IMG/VR virus record: IMGVR_UViG_3300021164_000690
Length of the DNA stretch: 64,000 nucleotides
Source: an uncultured virus (IMG/VR IMGVR_UViG_3300021164_000690)
Taxonomy: Duplodnaviria > Heunggongvirae > Uroviricota > Caudoviricetes
Reading direction: 5' to 3' (one strand)
Positions 56,487 through 64,000 of the stretch are shown piece after piece. Positions within the stretch are counted from its first letter, which is position 1. Each line of letters opens with the position of its first letter. The position numbers were made by a program, and so were the translations under genes. A model generated the notes under the pieces. That model was not told the DNA's origin. It made no database searches and was given only the letters and a program-made list of their open reading frames with translations.

Positions 56487-59400
56487 TTAAGTGTAATCCC
56501 AGTATCCGCCCTGTTGTTGCCAGTGGTCTTCTGTAAAGATTAATGTACACATTCCAGTGTTGTCAACAACAGAAGAAGTGCCATCATATGTTTGAAACGG
56601 CAACAATGTGCTGCCGCCTATATACGATATTCCAGTAATACGACTCTTAGCAACTGATACAGCTACGTTAGCTGGAACACTGCCATTTCGTAGAACCAAA
56701 TACATGATCTGTCCTTCAACACCGTCGGCTAATGAGTATAAGCCTTCTGCTAGTTTGTTGACGGATTTAGTTAGATCCAGTGCTGTGGGTGTTGGTTGTA
56801 CTACTGAAGCAACTGTGATAGTGATGGTGGTACCTGCTGCGACGCCATTGAATTCGCCGCTGTCAATTGTGCCTATCACAGCGTTAACAACAGATTCGCC
56901 GCTAACAGTAATATTACTGAAACCAGATAGTACCCCGCCAAATACTACGATACTGAATGTCACTACATCTAGTGTAAACGGACCATATGTGCTGTCAGTT
57001 AGACCAGTCAAATCCCCTTCAAAATTAGCGGATAGTGATTGAGCAACACCTGTGGTATTTGGTGCTGGACCGTCTTTGACCACTGTGCTGTTAACTAGGA
57101 CACCTGGCAATGTTGTACTACCATCTCCGCCAAATGCCCATGTTTCAGTGCCAACTGTGATATTAACAGTTTCAGGTAGTGTGTTAATTGTGCCAGTAGG
57201 AACAGGTAATCCTCCTGTGCTGTTACTCCAAGTAATTAGGTCAGTTGATGTGTATTTTGCATCGTTTTCTTCAAGACAGTACCAAGTTCCAGCACCGCTT
57301 TGGTTGTTAATAGTTATACCATTACTACCTGAGTAAAGTGTGGAACCAACTTTGGTGTAGGTTTGATTTACCACGGCTAGTCCAGCACCTACAAGAGTAA
57401 GTGTTTCGCCGGCGGGCGTTTCATCAATAACACCACCTTGAGGTAATGTCAACCCACCACTGGTATCAAATGTCCAGTGATTGGTATCTGTGTCAGTGCC
57501 TATGACAACATCGCCACCATTCTTTTCAATCTTGACATACTGGTCATCATCGCCTAGGTATAGGTCAGTGGTCGCAGGATTGCCTGATAGCAAGTGTACG
57601 TGGTTGTTTTCGGATACTGCCGAACCGTCTAATGTAACGGTAATTTCGATAGGCAATCCAGTAACACCCCCAAACCCAGTTCCACTTACTAGGGTAAAGG
57701 TAAATGTAGTCATACTACTTTGTGCTGGTATTGTCCAAGTTAGGTCTACTGGAGCATTCAAATCAACATCTGTCAAACTGCCAGTTGTTGCGCGGCCCAG
57801 TTGCTGGGCAGTAGCACCTGTAAATTCATAATCTAATGTGCCGACTCCGCCATGTACTGAAGACGTTGTTATGGTTATGCTTGAGCCTGGAACAAATCCA
57901 TCTGGATGATCTGTTGATAGAGAAAATATTCCTATTGTTGGACGAATAACCAAACTCTGCCCAGGCAATGCTCCTGGCGGTGTAATCACTGTGGTAGTGG
58001 CAGTTTCACCTATTGTGCTACCTTGGGGTAGGTTCAGATCACCTTCTTCACCAAAACGCCATCTGCGTAGTGTTGAGTCACTCAAGTTGATGTCAATATT
58101 AATACCGTTTTCACTGAGGATGTCGCCTGGAATGGTTAATGTACCATCATTAGCAAATGTCCAGATTTTAGCCGGATTTGGGCCGCCATCATTATAAGCA
58201 GTGATGTTTAATGTACCATCAGCGTAAGCAGTAACACAACTGGAATATAGACCACTATCATAATAACTGGTTAAACTTACTAAATGATCATTTGCGCCGC
58301 CATACGTAGTACCTAGTCCTTTACCGCCACTCGGACCAATATGTCCACCGGTAGGCAATGTTAAACTACCATCTGGTCCAAACAACCATTGATAACTTTC
58401 TCCGGTCTTATCAGTTGTAATAAGGAATCCCGGAGGTGCTCCATCGTTGTCAATTCTAATCTCAGTATTGTCGCCACCAATAGTAACAGTGGCGTTTGTA
58501 CCCGATGTACCATAACTATCTATGGTCATGCCATTTGGTAGTGTTAGTGTACCATCTGTGCCAAGCACCAGTTCATGAACGCCGCTGACTAATCTATCTG
58601 GAGTTAGGTCCGCCACAGAAGTTAATACTGACGCATCTGGGAATGTGATCGATACGACATCAATGTCAGTGTCTGGTGGAGGTTGAACTAAAGGTGCCGC
58701 ATCAACCCACACATCGCTGTACTTGATGTAGAGTCTACCTTCAACTGTGTTGAACCATAAGGTACCATTGTCTGCTGTGGGTGCTGTGTCTTGACGAACC
58801 ACTTTGATATCTAGCAAGTCATCACCAGTCATAGCGTCACGGATGGTCTTGCCCGGTGGAATCGCTAAATCACCATCTGTGCCAAATCGCCAAGTATAAC
58901 TGAGGCCTGATGTACCAAATGAAACTGTTTGGGTTGCACCAGGTTCTTCAAATCCTGCTGTAATATCTTGAGCAACATGAATTTTCCAGGAGTTACCAGG
59001 TTCTTCAACAACGTCTGTGATTGTGGCAGTTATGGGTGTTCCCCATGATGTGGTCACTGTGTCACCTACGCTGACCGAAGATCCCAAGTTGGGATAATCT
59101 TCGTGGTCAATAAACAAACGCCAAACGCCACCTGGTGGCACAAGTTCATCTACATCATCAACTTCAATATTCTGCAGGCCAAGGTTTCTATTGTCTGTGC
59201 CAATCTCCACACCAAATGTATCAGGATTGAGTTGAGATCCAGGCAATTTAACATAGTTGTAGTCGTCACCCAGGAACAGATCACTAGCGGGTGGATTACT
59301 GTTACTGCCGTTAAAGGCAATGTGGAAGTGTCCTGCCACACCTGGCAATTCCATGTTAGTGCCAATGGCCAATGTGCCTCTATCAGTCACAAGTTTGATA

Positions 59401-60353
59401 CCGTCGGTGTTATTAATGGCACCACCAGCTGGTAGTGTTAAGTTACCATCTGCGCCAAACGTCCAACCGTGAGCAGTAGGAGTAGGACCACTGTAGGTAT
59501 ATATTTGAATATCTTTGTCAACAGCACCGTCTATGATAAATGCATCTGTTCCGTCAGCGGTGGCAATTGTGGTGCCTTGTGGGAATGTTAATGCACCACT
59601 GTTGTTAAATGTCCAAGTATGAGCATCTGTACTGTATTTTGTGGCAATAGTAGCGCCATTGTTGTCAACCCACACCCACGAATCTTCATCCTTGCCTGCT
59701 GGGCTTGCGGGTCCTGCTGTGATACCAGCATAGTTGCCCGCAACAGTTTTTAGTGTAGCACCGTTGATGATACTTTGATCTGGCAATACAACAACACCAC
59801 CATTAGTGACTTCCAGTACATACTGGTTGTTGAGTCCTTGGTTAGGATTTTCATTATACAGTTTGCTGGTGGTAATCTTTCCAGCATCTAATGAATCAGT
59901 AAAGCCTTCACCAAAGTCAGATATGGATCCACCTCCACCTGAAAATAACTGTCCGTCAACATATAACTCGCCGGCATCGGTGACCGTTAAAGAAGCGTTA
60001 ATCCTTAATGGAACATTGTTGATGTATATGGTGTTGTTGCTAACATACAAACTCTTCCACATTTGAGTGGGACTACCAAGGTTTCCACCTAAGTTTGTGC
60101 TGGGTAATATGTCCCCACCCACAGTCAAGTTGCTAGTTATAGTAGTTGCTTGATCGATAGTGATTGCTGAACTATCAGTAGTGCTCATCACACTGCCCGT
60201 AAACTCAAATGCTCCCAGGTTTAAAGGAGCAACATCTAATCCCAGTGCTGTATAAAGCTCAGTAAAGTTGTCGTTAACTTTACTAAACGCTACACGTAAC
60301 GGATCTCCGTCACCCTTGTCTGCCGTACCAATATTGATATTTAATTTTGCCAT
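56487..60353 (-). CDS. long tail fibre protein with gp9/gp10-like N-terminus
   Basis: GDGDPLRVAFSKVNDNFTELY; about ten W-x-F-x-x-D-G-x-L-x-x-P-like repeats. Confidence 0.75.
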   Translation of the reverse strand: MAKLNINIGTADKGDGDPLRVAFSKVNDNFTELYTALGLDVAPLNLGAFEFTGSVMSTTDSSAITIDQATTITSNLTVGGDILPSTNLGGNLGSPTQMWKSLYVSNNTIYINNVPLRINASLTVTDAGELYVDGQLFSGGGGSISDFGEGFTDSLDAGKITTSKLYNENPNQGLNNQYVLEVTNGGVVVLPDQSIINGATLKTVAGNYAGITAGPASPAGKDEDSWVWVDNNGATIATKYSTDAHTWTFNNSGALTFPQGTTIATADGTDAFIIDGAVDKDIQIYTYSGPTPTAHGWTFGADGNLTLPAGGAINNTDGIKLVTDRGTLAIGTNMELPGVAGHFHIAFNGSNSNPPASDLFLGDDYNYVKLPGSQLNPDTFGVEIGTDNRNLGLQNIEVDDVDELVPPGGVWRLFIDHEDYPNLGSSVSVGDTVTTSWGTPITATITDVVEEPGNSWKIHVAQDITAGFEEPGATQTVSFGTSGLSYTWRFGTDGDLAIPPGKTIRDAMTGDDLLDIKVVRQDTAPTADNGTLWFNTVEGRLYIKYSDVWVDAAPLVQPPPDTDIDVVSITFPDASVLTSVADLTPDRLVSGVHELVLGTDGTLTLPNGMTIDSYGTSGTNATVTIGGDNTEIRIDNDGAPPGFLITTDKTGESYQWLFGPDGSLTLPTGGHIGPSGGKGLGTTYGGANDHLVSLTSYYDSGLYSSCVTAYADGTLNITAYNDGGPNPAKIWTFANDGTLTIPGDILSENGINIDINLSDSTLRRWRFGEEGDLNLPQGSTIGETATTTVITPPGALPGQSLVIRPTIGIFSLSTDHPDGFVPGSSITITTSSVHGGVGTLDYEFTGATAQQLGRATTGSLTDVDLNAPVDLTWTIPAQSSMTTFTFTLVSGTGFGGVTGLPIEITVTLDGSAVSENNHVHLLSGNPATTDLYLGDDDQYVKIEKNGGDVVIGTDTDTNHWTFDTSGGLTLPQGGVIDETPAGETLTLVGAGLAVVNQTYTKVGSTLYSGSNGITINNQSGAGTWYCLEENDAKYTSTDLITWSNSTGGLPVPTGTINTLPETVNITVGTETWAFGGDGSTTLPGVLVNSTVVKDGPAPNTTGVAQSLSANFEGDLTGLTDSTYGPFTLDVVTFSIVVFGGVLSGFSNITVSGESVVNAVIGTIDSGEFNGVAAGTTITITVASVVQPTPTALDLTKSVNKLAEGLYSLADGVEGQIMYLVLRNGSVPANVAVSVAKSRITGISYIGGSTLLPFQTYDGTSSVVDNTGMCTLIFTEDHWQQQGGYWDYT

Positions 60354-63300
60354 TATATTCTCCCTACCGCTACTTCAACAATTCCCTTGCCAGGGTCCAG
60401 TTTATCAGCAATTGCCTTACCAATAATAGTTCCAACTTGTGGATTCATTGCTTTACATCCATAACCAGCTTGGGCTGCGGTAGTTATTAGATCGCCCTTT
60501 TTAATAATTCCCAATACTTTTACTGGCACACGCCCTTGGAGCGCAATACAAGCTCTTGTACCTTGTAAATCTTTATTCATCACATAGGCTGGATTAGTTG
60601 TTACCACACCAGCAACTCTACTATCAGATGAAATAAATGTTGTTGTTACTTCTGCTGCGCCACCAAATACTAGTACAGTACCTGGTTCATATTCTTGGTC
60701 AGATGCGTACCACTCTGCCAAGTCAGCGTATGTAGCTTCAAATGTGCCATCCAAATGCCACTCACCTTGGATATCACCTCGAGTTGTTGCACTTCCAGTT
60801 GTGATATCATCAACTTCTATGCTACCAGCTCTTGCGTCAATTATACCGCCAGTTTCTAAAACTAGTTTACTGGTATCTTGTAAGGTCCAAACACCCGTTA
60901 ATGAACCGCTGCCTAATAACGATCCAGTTGTGATATTTGTTGAAGTTAAAACTCCGGTTACATTTAGGCCAGTGGCAACATCGAGATTATTATGAATATA
61001 AGTTGTACCAGTTGGATCGGTACCTGCCGAACTCATAAAGTTAAATGCAGTTCCAGCAGCTGGACTGTAAAATTCAACGTGTGTACTTGCAGTGTCAATT
61101 ATTTTGTAACCGTCAACTTTTAATTGTTTAACGTCAATTTCTCCAGCACTTAATGTTTTTACTAAACTATCATTGCCGCCAGTAGTAGTCACGCTTGTAA
61201 TAGCATAGCTGTTTACGTTGTTTGGACTAGTACCAGCAACCGCTGTAATAGTTACAACGCCGGTAGTATTAAATGCTGTACGTAAGCCTTCTTCAACAAT
61301 ACTTTGTGAACTAACTTGTTGAGGTGCCGCAGAAGCTCCTGTGAAGTTGCCTAAGATTGCTTTATTATCAATGTTGGCCATTTCAGATCTTGCGACACCG
61401 CCAGCTTTAATTCCAACCCATCCTTCTGCAACTTCAAAATTAGCTGAATCAAAACTTGCTAATCCGCTCAAGTTTTGTTTTGCTCTAGCAGTACCAGTTG
61501 GAACTGTTGCACGGGCAGTTGCCAAATTCATTAACAACTTGCTTTGTGCAATATCAGCTCCAGAGTTTACATCGGCATCAATAATGACACCAGGGTTAAT
61601 TTGATAATTTAATTGTGCATCATTTAATCCGTGAACTATAGATCCAGCACTGTGAGTTGACGGGTCTTGGAAGTCTGGACCAAACTTGATATCAGTAGCT
61701 GAACTTACACTTAAACGTACAACATCATCAAATCTGTTTGATGCTCCAGTTACGCTGGCATAATAAAATATTTCATCGTTAATCTTTAAGTAGCCTGATG
61801 TTGGAAATCCAGTAATGTTCACTACAGTAATACCACTGTTGACATCTAACTGTGTTATGCCAGTAATTGGGCCTACTAAGGTTGTTGTATCAGCACTGCT
61901 AAATGTAGCAGTAATATCACCTGAAATAGTTGCACTAATTATTGCCCCACCAGCAATTGGGAAAGCTGCCACGTCTGCTGGTTGTGGACTAAAAATGTTT
62001 ACGTTCTTTAATGCATCAACGGAATCATATTGTGCAACTAAACTGTCAACATATAACTTATGTGCAGCATCAGTATCTGATACTGGAGCGCCAACGTTTT
62101 TAAGTTTGAATCCGCCAAATCTTAAATCAGCAGTTGCTTCCAAAATACCAGCACGGTCCATATATCCTGGACCAACTGCTGACAATGCTAGACTTGAAAT
62201 TGGAACATTTTCCTTATTCATTCCAAGTCGTCTATCAATATAAGTACCAACGGCATTTTCAGTTGGAACTGAGTCATCAGCCATGTCAATAAATTCGCTG
62301 TCTTCTGAGAACTCGTTAATTTCACGACCCGATGTCAATGCCAATGAACTCAGACCAGTAAGACCAATATTAGCATTAAAACTTACGCTGCCAGTGCCTT
62401 GGTCAACTGTAAAAAATCTACCTACACGGAAGAAACCGTTTTGATCTGTTGATATCCAGAAAACACGACCTTGTGTTTTTTCAACAACTTCAACACTGAG
62501 ACCGCCTGGTAATCCACCACGTCCATAAATTTTACTTGGATAATTTGAAGCGTTATATCCACCAGTACCAATATCTAAGAAATCATGTCCCGTAGCACGA
62601 CAAGTACTAATGTTAACTAAAATTTCTACATTTTCTTCAGCTGCTAAGCCAGCACGTAATGAGAAGATGTTTGATGATAAATCCAAGTTAGTTACGTGTG
62701 TCAATGAACTAGTTAGACCAATTGTTGGAACGGAGTCCTCTGCTGTATTAATATCAAAGTAATCTTCAATAGATATGATACCGTAGTTTGCACTTACACC
62801 TTTATCAAAATAGTTTGTGATTCTAAAAACTTTACCATTCCATGCAGTAAGCATTTGTCCAGTGTTCAGTCTAGCAATCTCAGGAGTTGTTACTCGGCTA
62901 ATTGCAAATTGCCTATCCCCCGCAGTTGCACCTAAGGTACTTGTGCCTCGGATACATGTACCTAGCACAAATTTTTCCGTTTCTAATGATCCAGTGTTTG
63001 CATATGTAAAGGTGGTTTGATTAACAACGGTTACACTAATTCCAGTTCCGTTATAAGTAGCATCATCAATACTAATATCAACAAGATTACCAGTGGATAA
63101 TCCGTGTGGTCGAGCACAAACTGCTTGAGCAACGTTACTGCCATTTCTACTAATGAAACTTATGTCAACATAGCCAAGTTTTGATACTATTAAAATACTT
63201 AATGTACCAGTTCCTACCTTTGTAGCTTCACTGGCTCCTGGGTTTGCGTATGTTACCGAGTAAGGCGTTGGAGTAGAAAGAATTGTAACATAATCAACAT

Positions 63301-64000
63301 CATATAGCACATCATCTGCATTGATAGAAATAATTTCACCAACATTTAATCCGTGTGGCTCATCAATATAAACAGTTGCCACATCTGCTGCTCTTGCTAA
63401 TGATACAATATCACCGTTGACAACACTGAGTTGTTTTACAGTCAATTGAATATATCTGTAGTCCTGGTCAATACGAATCTGTGCTTCTTTATTAGGAATA
63501 CAAATTCCAGTAGCTGTTGTAGTTGCTACATCAGGGCCAGCATTTGCATATGTAAATGTTACAGAGTCAATTACAGTGACGGTGGCAAACGTGGTGTTGA
63601 ACGATGATATACTAACATCAACTTCCGCAAATTTTCCACTAATTAAACCGTGAGCAGCTAAGGTGACTACTGTAGCAACTCCGCTGGTTCTAGATACAGA
63701 TGACACTATTGATTGTGCAGCTGATTGTAGTGGTACTCCAAGAGAGTTTGTACTAGCGTATGCAACAGCTCTGTAAACTGCTGGAGTTTCTGGACTTGGA
63801 TCACCAATGAACGTCAATGCAGTGCTAGGTCTAATAGGGTTTGTTTCAGTAACATCATAAAATCTAAATGAACGTTTAGCCCTAACAATAACGGTCTGGT
63901 CATGTGTTAGAGGTCCAATTAATCCTGCCAGTGTATCTGATACACTGGTAGTTAAATTGATACGTATTAGTGATCCAAGTGGTAATCCAGCATCTAAAGA
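60353..64000 (-). CDS. very large tail/baseplate structural protein, 5'-truncated, with C-terminal intramolecular chaperone-like domain
   Basis: Frame is open to the window end; three R-x4-A...HGL-x-x-G repeats; YADLAE...GVV-x-x-NPA...ALQGRVPVKV. Confidence 0.75.
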   Translation of the reverse strand, partial: SLDAGLPLGSLIRINLTTSVSDTLAGLIGPLTHDQTVIVRAKRSFRFYDVTETNPIRPSTALTFIGDPSPETPAVYRAVAYASTNSLGVPLQSAAQSIVSSVSRTSGVATVVTLAAHGLISGKFAEVDVSISSFNTTFATVTVIDSVTFTYANAGPDVATTTATGICIPNKEAQIRIDQDYRYIQLTVKQLSVVNGDIVSLARAADVATVYIDEPHGLNVGEIISINADDVLYDVDYVTILSTPTPYSVTYANPGASEATKVGTGTLSILIVSKLGYVDISFISRNGSNVAQAVCARPHGLSTGNLVDISIDDATYNGTGISVTVVNQTTFTYANTGSLETEKFVLGTCIRGTSTLGATAGDRQFAISRVTTPEIARLNTGQMLTAWNGKVFRITNYFDKGVSANYGIISIEDYFDINTAEDSVPTIGLTSSLTHVTNLDLSSNIFSLRAGLAAEENVEILVNISTCRATGHDFLDIGTGGYNASNYPSKIYGRGGLPGGLSVEVVEKTQGRVFWISTDQNGFFRVGRFFTVDQGTGSVSFNANIGLTGLSSLALTSGREINEFSEDSEFIDMADDSVPTENAVGTYIDRRLGMNKENVPISSLALSAVGPGYMDRAGILEATADLRFGGFKLKNVGAPVSDTDAAHKLYVDSLVAQYDSVDALKNVNIFSPQPADVAAFPIAGGAIISATISGDITATFSSADTTTLVGPITGITQLDVNSGITVVNITGFPTSGYLKINDEIFYYASVTGASNRFDDVVRLSVSSATDIKFGPDFQDPSTHSAGSIVHGLNDAQLNYQINPGVIIDADVNSGADIAQSKLLMNLATARATVPTGTARAKQNLSGLASFDSANFEVAEGWVGIKAGGVARSEMANIDNKAILGNFTGASAAPQQVSSQSIVEEGLRTAFNTTGVVTITAVAGTSPNNVNSYAITSVTTTGGNDSLVKTLSAGEIDVKQLKVDGYKIIDTASTHVEFYSPAAGTAFNFMSSAGTDPTGTTYIHNNLDVATGLNVTGVLTSTNITTGSLLGSGSLTGVWTLQDTSKLVLETGGIIDARAGSIEVDDITTGSATTRGDIQGEWHLDGTFEATYADLAEWYASDQEYEPGTVLVFGGAAEVTTTFISSDSRVAGVVTTNPAYVMNKDLQGTRACIALQGRVPVKVLGIIKKGDLITTAAQAGYGCKAMNPQVGTIIGKAIADKLDPGKGIVEVAVGRI

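Noticed and set aside
1..64000. Alternative genetic code (TAG/TGA recoding as in some large phages)
   Set aside because: Conserved genes translate full length in code 11 and pack tightly; TAG is rare as a stop but does not interrupt genes
1..64000. tRNA/rRNA genes, integrase or transposase
   Set aside because: None recognised; intergenic gaps are mostly too short. A tRNAscan-SE run would be needed to exclude tRNAs formally

Overview
Segment of a large lytic tailed-phage genome (T4-like/jumbo myovirus type; AT-rich, densely packed, standard genetic code). Every well-supported gene except phoH lies on the minus strand. An embedded Rz/Rz1 spanin pair and an FdxA-type ferredoxin point to a Gram-negative, probably proteobacterial, host. 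Modules from left to right: (1) vWA-metallopeptidase plus MoxR AAA pair and RNase H-like exonuclease. (2) A ~13 kb nucleotide-modification island: methyltransferase, QueE, FolE, HIT, purine PRTase, cupin, glycosyltransferase, QueD-like, two sugar oxidoreductases, TGT/DpdA-like and UDP-glucose dehydrogenase. It is interleaved with a putative sliding clamp and adjoins a family-B DNA polymerase; no QueC is seen in the window. (3) Probable capsid-packaged proteins with N-terminal targeting-like peptides, including three unrelated nucleotidyltransferase folds in a row, plus a GH19 endolysin. (4) ClpA, DnaJ, holin, spanins, PhoH, dCMP deaminase, ferredoxin, clamp loader, GroES and a DnaE fragment. 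(5) Baseplate and tail-fibre genes with an embedded 2OG-Fe(II) oxygenase. Two promoter classes are readable directly in the DNA: near-consensus sigma70 promoters (several overlapping inverted repeats, two apparently leaderless) and a T4-late-like TAAATA motif. Product calls come from motif recognition by eye; no searches were run.
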